A stretch of 53,510 nucleotides of DNA, the filler included, from Sphacelaria rigidula (Eukaryota), in the NCBI GenBank assembly GCA_964200075.2. It is 3 parts of 3 records of this genome, joined end to end, with 100 filler letters (N's around TTAATTAATTAA, not from the genome) between each part and the next. Parts side by side here need not be neighbours in the genome. Positions count along the whole stretch, not along the records: positions 35,748 to 53,510 come from CAXNAA020000999.1; 2 more parts are not named here. The stretch is one strand, 5' to 3'. The notes beneath the pieces were generated by a model, which worked only from the letters and a program-made list of their open reading frames with translations, did not search any database and was not told where the DNA came from. Shown here one piece after another: positions 35,748 to 49,342 of the stretch (position 1 is the first letter of the stretch; every line of letters begins with the position of its first letter). Both the position numbers and the translations under genes were made by a program.

Positions 35748-38700
35748 CCAGCCGAATCATTGATTTGTCCGACCCTTGATTCATTTCCTTTTTCTGTATC
35801 AGTCTATTATATCGTTCCATTCTTTCTTTGCCGTTTTTTTTTTCTTCAGCGAGTGTGTCAGTCTTGTTTCGTTTCGGGCATATCTATCATGTGACCACGG
35901 CTGGATCTCCGGGGGGGTCAGTTAGAGTGCGGCAATCAATCTAATCGAATCAAACGCTCTACGCTTTCGGTTGCTAATTCATGTATCTGCTCACTGACGA
36001 GAAGGGAGTCCGGTCAACTAAGTTTTCATCTTACCGCATGCGTTCAATCGTCGAGCTTGAACTTTGTGTGACGTAGGTTCGTCATCACTTGTTCACTCGC
36101 CATTGCTCTACAGCTCCTGGAATATACCCCCTGACCAGTTTGCATGCGAGTGCGGTCTACCTTCTACCGTGACTCATGGTATATATACATGCATCGACCA
36201 GTACGATCGAAATCATCTGCGCACGCCAACAACTCCGAGCGCGAAGGCGCCAGGTTCTTGAACGGAAGGGTGTGCGGTGTTGACGCTTCAGAGCCCCGCG
36301 GCTGATACGCAAACACGATTGAACGTGTGTATGGGCATATTTCGCACCTGCGCACAAGATCTGCGCATTCCTCGCCGAATAGCTCGTGATGAATACGTGA
36401 CCTGTCGAAGATTCCTCTCCCCTTGGCTCGACATGGCTCATAAAAGTACATGAATTCCTGTGAGAGAGAAAGCAGGGAGAGGGACAAAGACTCTTCAGTT
36501 CAGTCCGTGAATAGAGTGTAAGGTGCCCCCCGCTCTAATTTGGAGTCGTGTCAGCGTTCCAAATATGTACTTGTTGTCCAAGGGTCTCCGCCTCGTATCC
36601 ACCCAGTACAGCCAAGCCACGGCTACCAAGACCCCTCCTCGCGACTTGATTGAGATTCGCGTCTCACGTGTTCGTCTTTGCCTTATCCGCAATCCAAGGC
36701 TGTCGTAGTATTCAGCTCTCAATAAGGTCAACCAGCAGCACGTCAGCATGGTACCATGCCAAGACACCACACACCCAGACATGCGCGTATGGGGAGAGTA
36801 CAGCATCAAGGACACACCCAAAGGAGCCCTGAATGTCCATCCCCCAACAGGGCATAGATGAGTAGTGCATTCGCCTTGTGTTGGCTGTACTGCCCTTTGG
36901 TTGCTGTTTCCCCATTATTCTGTAGCCTTGCTTTGCATTTCTGTTACGTGAGTCCGTTGCTTTTCATCCGTTTGATTGCTTTTTACAGTAGCCTACGGTA
37001 ATATACAGGTGCACCCGCAGTTGTCTCAACGGAGCGCTTTCTGCTATTCGTTCCATCCAGCGATTTTCTGTCGCATGCCTTCACCTGAACCGCGTTCTAC
37101 ACGCGCTTCTCGACACGCTGCTTCTGCTTCTTTCGCACTGTCTCCCCTGCGACCTTTTCTTTGGCCAGGCACTTTTTGCTGTACTGGCCACCCGATTGTG
37201 AACCTGTACTCCGTTGCTCTTTTTTCACTTGTGCCAGAAATCTATCTGCCCCATTCCGTTTAGCAGATATCATTTTTTTCGGCAGATATCCCCACATTCG
37301 CTCCACTCTCCCCTACCCTATCTGTCCGCTTCAGTGCAGCACAACACAAGACCGCAACGCGACATCTGCACGAAGTTGCCGCGGAATCCCACGGCGTTGC
37401 TTCCGCATTACGATATCGGGTTCTATTTCTGCACACCGCCCCCCGCCCGCTCCTTGTTCGCACAACGCGGCACTGTTTGTTGTACTTTCCTGCGGTGTGG
37501 GTAAATCTGGGCATTTCCACGTTACTGCAAACGACTCCCCGTTTGCCCCCCTGTGCTTTTTGCCGTACTGCACAGTTTCGTAAGAATCCTTTCATTTCCC
37601 TGGTATTTCCCCCCACACGTCTCCCCTTTTTTTTTGAGTGCGGTGCACAGCTGCCTCCCCAGTTGACGAATCGTTATTGTTCCTTCCCGCTGCTTCAGTA
37701 GCGTGGGGCGTGCAACTCGGCACTCGTGATCAATCACCTCTTTTTTTCAGCTTTGACCCTTGCAGTTCAATTATGTGTTCTGCCGCCGCCGCCTTTTGCG
37801 GAGTGCTCCGCTGGACCACTCGCAATCGCCCCACACCCAACTTGGCTGCACTGTTACAGGCTGACCTTCCGATTTTTTATACTAATTTTTTCGGTTTCAA
37901 GTTTACGTTTCAATCAGATATTTCGTGATTGACTTCTAGTGGTACTCTGGTTCTGTACTGGAGCTGTTGCACACCCTATCGCGCATTCGTGATTCGAAAA
38001 AAAAAAACGAGTTTACGTATTGGCTTTCGCTTCCTGACTGACTTCTCTGAACGTATCGCTTTTTAGACGCTGTATACGCTTCACATATGTCGCAACGTAT
38101 CACCACCGCTTCTTCCCCCTACACGGGAGCTAAGCCGCCCCGCCGTACGCGGAGCCAAACTAAGGGATCTTCTAGTTTTTTCCGGACCCCATGCTGATTC
38201 TTCTTCAGCCTTTCGGAAACCAGCCTCGTGCGCTGCTCGATCCATCGGTTTTGAGGACCAACCCGTGCAACTCTCATCGCCCCCTCCCAGCTCCGACTCC
38301 GATCATAGCTCGGATTGTCGTACCCTTCCGACCCTCCCTCATCATTCCATCCGTGACCACCCCTCACAGACACGCTCTGTGCCCCAACCTTCTACGACGC
38401 TGGTGGCACCCGTCGTACAACACACCCCCTCGGACGCAACCGTCAGCACTGGACTACCCTTGACACACCCTGTGTCCCACCCCCCAACCACGCTGGTGAC
38501 ACCCGTGGTTCCAACCCCACCCCCTGCCTCTACCGCCAGCGAGGATCTCGTCGTACAAGCTCCAGTCCAAGACCGTTCTGTCGTGCAGGTGGCACCCCCG
38601 ACCGGACCCCCAACTGCTGGCACTACTACCCGCGCTGCCCCGCCGGTACACACTTAATCAACATCCGCGGCTGCTTTTCCTACCCCGGCTGATCATGACT

Positions 38701-41696
38701 TGTTGACAAATGTTTTGACTTCTGCTTTGCACAACTCAGGACACCCGTCTTCGGCCCCAGCGGCTACTTCTGGCATAAATCTGGAACGAGCCCCTGTACT
38801 AGACGTTAGTGTAGCTACAGCACTGCAAGTGATATGCAATACCCTGCTCCGCTCTCCTTCGGCTTTCGCCGATACGCAAGCAGCCCCCAGTGCCCACCCC
38901 CGCCAAACCGCGCCCACGCGCAACCGGACCTCGGCTTTCACCAACACCGCTATGGCCGTCTTCCTCCCGAAACAAAATCACTACCCCCACTCAACTGATG
39001 AGCGCCCGTGACGACAATTCGAGACATACCTCTCGTTCATCCCGTATTTCTACTGCTCCAAGGGTTTCTTCACGTCGGCGCTCCCCACGTAATAATGTTA
39101 CTGTGCACGCTGGCACCATGAGGGAGATCTTTTCAGATCTTCCTTCACCAGAGGAATCGTCGATCGCGCATTCCAGCGACCAACCGCCCTACGACTCACG
39201 CCATCGCAGTCGCCGTGCTCGCCTCACACGCAATAGGTCTTCCCGCTCTGACGCCGCAGTCATCCGTTCCTTACGGTGATACCTTGCCGATTTACAGCGC
39301 ACAGTACAAACAATTGTGGGCAATCTCATATCTCCGCCCCCAACCGCAGCCCCCGAAGCCGCAGTTTCTGCTGTCCCGGCCCCAGCTCCCGCTGCCACCA
39401 CCGCCGCGACTGCCACCGCCGCCGACACTGACGCCGACAGTGGTACACATACTGGCTTCCGGGCCCCGTGTGCACTCGCACCCGCTCCAACCCCCCCTGC
39501 ATCTACTGTAGCGCCGTCCGACCCTGCGCCTTCGTCCCCGCAGGACCGCCCACAGTTGAGTCCGGAGCACTGCCCCTTCGACCTGCTCCCACGTATGTTC
39601 ATGGACCATGACCGCACTGCCCAAGAACAACTCATCCATGAGTATGCTGACCACGCGCCAGCCATGAATGATTTCGTCAACCGGCAACGCAACATAGATG
39701 AAGCGGCGTCTGCACCTTCCACCGAGAAGTATCACGCTCCCCTCCGCGAGCTACAGGAGGAGCGCTCACGCGCCTCTCACGCCGTAGCCGCTCCTCGCTC
39801 CCACCGCATGCCATCCCCACCCCTCCTACTCCGACCGCCCGCCCCGACACCAGTGCCGAACCGCGCCGCTTCTCCATCCACTGCGATGACATCCCTTGGT
39901 TCACGCTTTCTGTGCAGAGTCTTGCGGGCAAGTAGACCCCCTCGAACCCTTTGCAAAGCTCTCGCGACGCTTGGCTAGCGCTCGTTCGACCACTCCAACA
40001 CGCAGTCGCTTCCTGCCTAGAACATGACGGGATCTGTCCTTCCTCTTTTCAAATACCATTGGCCAATTTGTCCGCCACATCGAACAAACCACCACCCCTG
40101 ACGAACTGTCCATTGTCGAGCTCTTCGACGCATTGCGCGTCGCCTCCAAATCCGCCACAGCCCAAGTTGATGACGGCTGGATCTCGGTGACTCCTTATCG
40201 CCGACGCCACAGACATGATGCTGCGGACCATGAGCGCAATCGCAGCGATGATTCTCGCATCCACCACGGAGGTTCCAGCTCCTCCTCTATGAGGACCCAA
40301 CCACACCGTGTGACCCGTCCCACCACCGGTTTGAACAAGACATACCACAGTAGCGGCTCGTCGAGCTCTTCTTCCACCAAGCCCAGGATTCGGTCTACCA
40401 TGAACTCGCCCGCGTCGGCTTCTGCCGACCTACGTCGCGCTACACGCGTCTGGGTGTTGAGCACTGCCCTTTTGGCGTCCTACCACGTATCTTTCTGTCT
40501 CAAGACTGTGCGGGCCAACAGCGTCTGATCGACGAGTACGCACTTCACGCCCCGAACTTGAGCTCGGACTTTGCCACCCGCCGGCGGGCAGCCGACGACG
40601 CCGCCGCCTCTCTTCTCCTCGAGGAATACAAAAGGACGCTCCGAGATTTGGAGCACCAAAGAGCAAAGGCCGCCACTAGACATACGGCCGCTTTGCGTTA
40701 ACTGACGGAACTGCGGACTACCCAGCGGGAAACAGCCAAGAAGATCGCCGCTGCCGAGAAAAGCCACCAACGGACGTCCGAACAACTTCAAGACATCGAC
40801 TCCCGCCTGACGAACCTTTGGACTTCCCCACCCACGGCGACCACCCCGCGCCGACCATCATCTGCCCCTCGACCTACTGCTACCCCGGACCAGTCTTCAC
40901 CGCCCACGACCGCCCAACGACCGCCCCCCCAGCTCCCACCCGTACCACCTTCGGCCGGTCAGCAACACTCTTACGCTGCCGCTACCGCCCACGGCGGCAG
41001 CAGCCCTTCACCTCCTAACCCCTCCCACCCGATTCCCCCTCCTGTACCCCGCCGCTTCACCATCCAATATAGTGACATCATCTGGTAACAGTTCTCGGTT
41101 CAAGACCTTTGCTCGAAATATTCCGTTTACAACCCCCTACAAAGCTCCCACCAAGCTTGTCAGACGCTCACCAGACCCCTTCAGGGTGTGGTCATGTATT
41201 TAGACAGTGATGGCGCCTGTCCCGCCGACGGACCCCTCCTTCTCACCATTGGCCGGATGGTGTACCACCTCAAATTACCACCACCCCCGACTCCCTCTTC
41301 GTACGAGCTTGCATCGGTGAAACTCTTCGACACTTTACGCGCGGCCTTCCAAACCGCCACGGCCGACGACAACGAAGACGGGTGGACGCCGGCTTCTTCT
41401 CGTAACCGCCGGCACGATGGCTCCGACGACGACAACGACTCTTACGGGGGAGGCTCTTCTCGCAACCGTCGGCACGGCCCTTCTTCGGGTGGCAACGCCC
41501 GGCGTTCTGATCGGAACCCTCGTGGGTCGCACCACAAACGGAATAACAGCGGCAACAACTCTAGTTCGACTGCCGGGAGACCCCGGACGCGCAATCACCA
41601 AAACCCACCATCCTCGGTCTCGTTTGGACCCAGGCAAGGTACCCCGCGTCTCGAACTATTCTAGATCTTTCCGACGCTGATCAGTCTGATTGCCCG

Positions 41697-42875
41697 TTGT
41701 CTTCCGTTGGGTCCCGCAACCTTACCGCCACTTCACAACGTAAGCAACAAACTCAGTCAACAGCTCACACTACCACTGCCGCCTCCGCTCGTGTGGCTGC
41801 CATCCAAAGAGAGTATATTCAGATGGATATCAAGAAACTCTGGCATGTGAAAACAATGCCTGCGGACGACAATGAAGACGCTGGCGATTTTACTACCGCT
41901 CGTATCAGCTCAATTCGTAGGACTCTTCAGGACATTAATCAATCAGCCGACGCCACAGGAGCACAACGCTTTCAGGACCCTGATAGGGTAGATGGGTGGC
42001 AGATCCCTCTCCACAAAGCCATGCATTGCGCAATCAACCGCCGCTCGCCGGACACCGCCGCTTCCCTCACTTAGATCCTTGACGGATTCTTCTCCGCTAT
42101 GGACGCGGATCGTGCCCCAGGGGTCGGCGGTCCAACATTGCTCCGTCATCTGAAGCGGCGTATAACGAGCTACTTCGACCGCAGCACCCAAGGTAGCGTG
42201 ATCCAGCGACTCAGTTCCTTCGGTGTAGCAACACACGTTCCTTTCGCCGATTATCTTCGTACTTTTAAGCTTGTCGTGTCCAGCACTATGGGAGTGGGCC
42301 GGCAGACTAGTCCGTCGGATGCGATGTGCCAATCGTTAGTCAGGAAGAGTATTTCTGAGCAGTTTCCGACACTTATACTGCCCCTGTTGCCCGACGCTCT
42401 GGCGCACCGGGAAGTACCCTTCCCTTCTGTACACGCGATGTGGAATGCGTTAGTCCATCGAGAAAATCATTTGACGCCAGCCATCCGCGGCGACAAGTAT
42501 GTTTCAGCTCGTTCCCAGTCCGCTTCTGCGCCTGATTCGACTCCTTCAGGGCTCCGTAACCGGTCTCACACTTCACTTCGTTCCTCATGGGTGCCTGCTT
42601 CAGTCGCCGGCTCTGTTATGAGTGTTGCAAACAAACGAGATCCGTTCCGCGCCAGTTTTGACGGGTGGCCATACTCCGCCGAGACTTTGGATGATGTTTA
42701 CACTGTGTCTACCTCTGTGTTTACTACAGATGATCCACACTTGTGGAAGCCCCTCCTCTCGTCTGCTGCTAGATATGAGGCCTTTAGCCGTCACGCAAAT
42801 AGCTGCATCAATTGTAACACCCAAGGGCACAGTAGGCGCGATTGCACTCGCCCTTGCATCAACTCGACCTCATAA
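41697..42875 (+). pseudogene. Gypsy gag core with CCHC zinc knuckle
   Basis: CINCNTQGHSRRDC; FADYLRTF capsid-like segment; in-frame stop at 42072-4. Confidence 0.75.
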
Positions 42876-44289
42876 ATTCTGAGCTGCAGGACAACGAGCC
42901 AGCATGGCGCCGATGGCAGAAACGCAAACGATATCGCACACCCAACCGTATTTCTCGCCGCCCTTCTCACAACCGCGATAACACTCGCTCAAATCGCGAC
43001 AGTCGCCCCAACAATTACGACAACTCTGGCTCCCGGCGAAGAGAGACTCCTTCTCACCGTCATCAGAATTTCGCTGATAGACACCAGCGCACGGGGCCGA
43101 ATCACAACCGCTGGAATACCAACGCCAGAAACCCTGGTTCCATTATGATTGATCGTACCGATCCATGAGATGCCGACGCCGGCGTTTTTACGTTTTCGGC
43201 GCCGCCAACAGCACACGCGAAGACTATTTCAACACCAACTGCGGAACTTCTCGCTCAACTTCCCCGGCACTATGCAGGGGAACTAATGACGGCCGCTCAT
43301 ATCGACCCCCGTCTTCACCTCTTCGCACACAGCGTAACAGTTGCGTTGACCCACAACTTAGCCCTACACTCGGATCTGGGCTTGGTCCTTCAGAACTGAG
43401 CGTAAGTCTGAGGTGTGGGGACACCAACCGCCCGTCTCTGAGGCAAAGGCTTCCCTCAGCGACCGCACGCACAGGCAGTAGTGTAATTCACTTGACTGGT
43501 TCAAGTGTCACAGGTCTGAATTTGACCACTTCGGACCATGTAACACCCACCCAGGCCGAACGAATTAATTCGCGTTCATTCCACCATGCAAGCTACCCCT
43601 GAAGGGTTCTCACACAACCCATCCTACTATACCTTCGGCCATGACCCCTCAGCCAAGCTTGCCAGCGGACAGTCCACAAGCTTCGCCCGAGCATGCCCCG
43701 ACGCTGACCCCATCCACTCAACTGGACGCCGTTGGGTTTTCCCCGAATACTTTGGAAGTTCCCCACCCTTTGTCACGGCGAGAGAGGAAGCTCCGTGAAC
43801 ATGCCCCCACTAAAGCGCGCGCATCAACACGTACACCTCCCTCGAGTGGAAAATCGCGACCTCACTCTCTCCAAAATGCGACGACCTCGAGCTCGACGAC
43901 TTTATCAAGTGTCCCAGAATAATCCAAACCAGATATTTCGGATATTTCTACCTCTTCTGCGGACTACACTGAACGACATGGATCTACTTTAGACGTTGAT
44001 CCCTGCCTTTCCAACACGGTCATATATGAAATTGCTGATGACCAGCCGAGCTGTGCTCACTCTGGGGATCACACATCATCCACCAAACTTTCAGGTGAGA
44101 AAATTGACCCTCCGGCAGATCACCCGCCGTCCGTTTTCGCCGTCAACACTACTGATTCCGATTAATTTACCTTGGCTGAACATGGTCCGGATCTTGTCGG
44201 CGGTAAAGTGTCTGTTGATCCTGCCGCTTAAACTACTCGCGTAGCGCTCCATTGTGGGCCATACGCAACCACGCCTACCAAATGTGTCT

Positions 44290-46727
44290 CTTTGTTAGAT
44301 AGCGGCAGCCCACAAACATTATTTCGTGAATCAATGTGGGAACATATGAAAGAGATTGGCGCTGCTTCAGCAGCTTGCGAAATCATCACCCAACCTCGAG
44401 TATGGGGCAGTTTTGGTGACTCCACCGCACCTTTGACCGCACGAATATCAGTTTGTCTCAGTGTGCAATTATTTCACAACACAACTTGTTCTGCCAGCCT
44501 TGCAGTCTTGGCATATGCTGTCCCCGACAGCACCATGGCTTATGCCTTAATCATGGGCCGAGATAGTTACATGCGATGTGATCAACGCACCTACCGCACC
44601 CTACCACCATTATCTCTACAGTTTGCGCCTCGTGGAGAGCTCAACCTTGAACATTTCGGTACTCTTCACGGCGCTTTGGCCTATCAAAAAAATGAACAAG
44701 CTACCGGAGCTGCTCACCACCTCCGATACGATGGTCCTGCTGGTGTTACCCTCTCCGACGATCCCCAACTGCCAGAAGTTGCCCTCGTCTGCCGAAATGG
44801 CATGCCTGCCCTTACGGGACATTACCTCGCTGAAATGCTTCCTCGCGTTGGTGCGCCTGCCGGCACAAAACACTTTGTCTCCGCAGGAAAACAGCTTTTA
44901 CCCCTTCAGGTCATGCTAACTTGGAGCCCGGTGATGTTTTGGGTATCACTGCTGCTCCCCTCATGCACATTCCACTTGAGACATGTGCCACTGAACCCTC
45001 AACGCCCAACTCGGCACCTCCGACAGACGGTTCTGTCAATTGCGTCGATGAGCCTTACTTCGACGTCACCTCTCCGTCTCCATCACGTGTCCACACCGTG
45101 GACCCTGCACCGTCAACGCCCGACCCTCTTGCTGAAGTGCTGCAACGACCATCACCAAAATCTCGGAAAAGTGGAATCAACTTCCATCCCATTTACGTGA
45201 CATCAACTTTGACCTACATGGACCCGGTTGGGAACCCGCTGTAATCAAAGAATTGAGCGATGCTTTATTGGAGTACTAAGACCGATTTTCTCAATCCAAA
45301 ACGGATCTGGGGCATTGCAAAACGCTGCCCTTTGAAATCACTCTTCAACCTGGCGTCTCGCCAATCTCTTCTAGACCACGTATCGGACAAACCCCATCCT
45401 TACTAGAAACGTTAACGCCATTTTAGACGCGCACTTAGATGTCGGACTAATCCAACACTCGTTTTCTCCGTAGGCCTCACCCCTAGTGGTAGTCCCTAAA
45501 TAGGATGGAAACATGCGCATCACCGTGAATTATCAACGGCTAAATCGCGTTACTGTGGTGGGAAAACTTCCCATCCCTTACATAGATGAAGTCTTCGAGT
45601 CTCTAGACGAAGGCAAAATATTCAGTACTTTCGACCTCGCTTCTGAATTTTTCCAGAATGCCATTCACCCTGACACAGTCCCACTGACAGCGTTCTGTAC
45701 ATATTCTGGGCTCTACAAATGGCAACGTATGCCACAAGGTGCCGCCACTGCACCAGGTTGTTTCCAACGCTTAATTCGATGCGCTGCAAACAATCTCTAA
45801 CACGTCATCATGTACTTGGACGACGCTATCGTATTCGATGTCTCCCCTCTTGCGCATGTGCGCACCTTACAAGAGTTTCTTTCTCAACTGCGGAAGCACG
45901 ATTTGAAACTATCTCCATCCAAAGCTCGCCTTGGCGCGACTGAACTGGATTTCCTAGGACACTCAATTTCACCAGCGGGTCTACACCCCGAAACCAACAA
46001 AGTCAGAGCAATGACTGAATTGCCGATGCCCACGAACATCACTCAACTCCGCTCATTACTGGGTAGGCTGTCCTACTATCGCAATTTTTTGCCTAACCTG
46101 TCCAAACGAATTCGTCCTATAACGGACTTGCTTAAAAAAGGCGCCGCGTTTGTCGTCACCAAAAACCTGGAAGCTATTGTTCGCGACTTGCTGAAAACGC
46201 TCACCGAAAAGCCGGTCCTTTGTTTCCCAGACTGGGATGCAGTACAAGACGGCTCTCGCCTCTTTCAACTGCACACAGACGCCAGCACCGACGGGTTCGG
46301 CGCGGTCCTGCATCAGCCTCAACTCGATGGTTCTATTCGACCCATTCTCTATATCAGTCGCGCCACCCTGCCAAACGAAGCCAATTGGAGCCCACTGGAG
46401 TTGGAAGGCGGAGTCATTACTTGGGCTATAAAGCGCCTTCAACAATATTTGTTCCACGTGCCCTTCCAAATCTACACGGATCACGGAGCACTTGAACAAC
46501 TCGCCAAGGTTGGCGAACATAACCCGCGTGTGCAACGCTGGTTGAAGTTCCTGACAGCTTATCAATATACTGTCAAGCACCGCCCTGGCAAAACCAATGG
46601 GAATGACGACCTTCTTTTCCGCCTGCCCCTTCCTCCAACGGCTGTGGATTTCAGGTCAGCTTGCCGACTAACTGAACCCGATGAACCCGGCGTGTACCCT
46701 ATCCGGCGTTTCTCAACGCCCATTTAA
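44290..46727 (+). pseudogene. Gypsy protease - reverse transcriptase - RNase H
   Basis: LLDSGS (PR); ASPLVVV, RITVNYQRLN, FSTFDLASEFFQ, RMPQG, YLDDAIV (RT); LHTDASTDGFGAVL, ELE, YTDH, RVQRW (RH). Confidence 0.95.
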
Positions 46728-47573
46728 GCCCTTGACCTTCATTGCCCGGAGACGGGTATGCACATGGACGGCCCTCGCCCCCTACCGTATGATGCAGTCT
46801 TGGATGGGCTAAAGCCCACGAACGCCGATTTTGTCGATTTCCGCACTATCGGTCCTCGCGCAAATATTTCAGTTCCGGCACCTCCAGTTGTCCATCTCAT
46901 TTCCGACAATACGTGCTCTCGGTCTGCCGCCCGCGCTAACCCTCCCCGCGCCCCGCCGCCACCGACAACACCTACTACTGCTCCTGCGAGCAGCGTAGCG
47001 CCGGCTCCCCGCAACAGCGCACTACGAGCCTTGACAACACCCGCCACGCGCAATTCTCACAACAAGCGCCGAGCGCGATCTCCGGCGCACACTACTGCGA
47101 CAACACCGCACACCGCGGCACCGTCAGTGCCCACCCGTTCTGACGCTCCCGATGTACACATCGACGTTGGCACCTCCCCCCCGTCACCTGTTCCACCGCT
47201 TCCTGAACCACCATGTCTAATCAGCTCTCCGGCGGAAGGCCAACTGCGCGAATTTCTCGCCAGTTACTCTCATCGTGATTGAGCTCGTGGACAACAAGCA
47301 GAGCCATTATGCCGCGCAACCATGCGGTAACTCCGTGCTGGCTGCCCTGCCCCTATCCCGGCCAATGTATTGGGCCCGGTTGGCACACTGCCACCACCAA
47401 ACGCCGCTGAGGTGTACGAACTCGCACGTAAAGGTACTATCTTCACCACTGATGACGGAATCGAACTGCTTGTCCGCCGCCCTACGCCCTAGCGTCGTTT
47501 AACGTCATCCGCGCCCACTGGACGTCATGCACGCCTACTCCACGATGAACCCACTCGGATATATGTCCCATTT

Positions 47574-48692
47574 TTGATGCGACCGTGGGTAATGAAAGGC
47601 TGCCACACTGACCTGTCTTGCCACCTTGGTGTCCCGCGCACACTAGCGTTACTCGAACGTTTTTACTGGTGGATCGGTATGGAAGTGTCCACCTGCTTCT
47701 GGGTTCGGCGATGCTTCAAGTGTCAAGCTCGCAAAACCTCACGGCAGACAATACGTTGGCCAGTCATTTCGATGGCACTTCCCAACGCTCCTTGTCACCT
47801 CGTGTCTTTCGACTATTTCGGTCCGTTACCGCCCACTGACCGTGGCAACACCTACATCTTACTCTTTACCGATCGTTTCAGCCGTTATGCCTCCATGTAC
47901 GCAGTCACCGCTGGAGACTTCACAGCGGCGAGCACCGCTAACATCTTAGTTCACGGCTATATCAAGTACTATGGTTGCTCGAAACGGCTTCTCTCTGACA
48001 ATGATCAGCAATTTTTCTCCGATCTCTCGGATGAACTGTATACGCTCCTGGGCATTCGCAAGATAGTCACGAGCGCCTACCACCCTAATGGTGACGGTGG
48101 CACTGAAAGAGTTGACCACACCATGGCCCAAATGCTGTCTATGGTAGTCAACGATCGTCAAAACGATTGGGATCTCCATCTCTCCCATGTCATGCTATCC
48201 TATAACAACTCGGTCGATGCTGCTTCCGGTCTCTCTCCGAACGAGTTACATCTCGGCCGCTACCCCCGTCTGCCCATCACCGTGTTTAAGAGACACACCT
48301 TTGATGGCCACCGAGGCTTGGATCAGGATCAGATATCCTACGATGACCTGGCACGTGCACGCCAGTGTAAAGCTTTCACTCTTGTGCGTGAACAACACGC
48401 TATTGATGCTTCGCGCCTCGAGAGATCTAATAATGCTCTTTACAATTTGATGCACAAATGCCCTACGTGGAAGGTTGGCGACTGGGTCTGGGTTTACAAC
48501 AGCTTGTCCACCATCCGCCAAGGCGCCGACAGAGCCGCCCATGAGGCAGTCTTGAAGACTAAGCTATCCCCTTACTGGGCAGGATCATTCAAGGTTCTGA
48601 CCGTAGGCCCCTCGCCGTCGTCACCTGATGACAAGCCTGTTGGTGACAAAACATTTTTATCTCGACCTCCCTCGCGACCTTCAGGGACATGA
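47574..48692 (+). pseudogene. Gypsy integrase
   Basis: H..CHLG...CFKC zinc finger, FDYFGPLP / LSDND / HPNGDGGTER catalytic triad, and GDWVWV...KLSPYWAGSFKV (GPY/F) motif. Confidence 0.95.
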
Positions 48693-48869
48693 CGCCAAAT
48701 CTCGCGTCTCTGTGCACCCTTGTAAACCTTGCACAATTCCGCATGACACTCGCGACATGCCCAAATATCGGCCTGCCGGCCGTACGGAATACGTGCTCAA
48801 CAGCGATTCGACCAAATCACCGCCTTATCACGTTACTACGGACGACGTGACGGAACAACCCACCTCGCC

Positions 48870-48990
48870 GTGTCCCATATCGCTGGTCACCAGATCACCC
48901 GCGGTCGAGGTAAAATCGCTGTCATGTACAAAACTCACTGGCACGGCCTTCGGAGAGCGTCCTGGGAACGCGAATCCGACCTTCAGCTCA
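48870..48990 (+). other. Chromodomain at the integrase C-terminus
   Basis: SHIAGHQITRGRGKIAVMYKTHWHGLRRASWERESDL matches I..H....Y..W.G....WE....L; first and third cage aromatics apparently absent (group II-like). Confidence 0.8.
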
Positions 48991-49186
48991 CCGCCGAGCT
49001 ATTCTCCTGTACTGGACACGACCTCAGCAGCAACAAACTTGTTACAACAAGAAATATCGCAACATGCGCCGCGGTGCAGCAACACGCGAACTTCACCGTG
49101 ACAAAGGTTTGCGCTTTGTCGCCGATGGCTATGAATTGGTAGCCACCAACCATTGGGGAGAAAAGATCCGCGCGAAACAGCAAGTC

Positions 49187-49342
49187 CTCCCCAAAGGCGC
49201 CTACTTGTGGCACAAAGGCAGCGACAATCTCTGGTGGCTGGGCCAGACCCACTCCACAGACCTCACCGCGCCTGACACATACATCGTGCGTTTCGTCGAT
49301 GATCCCGGACTCGTGCAGATCAAGCTCCGCCCAGAGCTTTAT
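49187..49342 (+). other. PWWP/Tudor-like domain after the chromodomain
   Basis: LPKGAYLWHKGSDNLWWLGQ...TYIVRFVDD, cf. PWWP GDLVWAK..GYPWWPA.I...YLVRFFGD. Confidence 0.6.

Noticed and set aside
36943-38100. Candidate 5' LTR of the Gypsy element (TGTTAC start)
   Set aside because: No similarity to any sequence 3' of the integrase and no convincing PBS.
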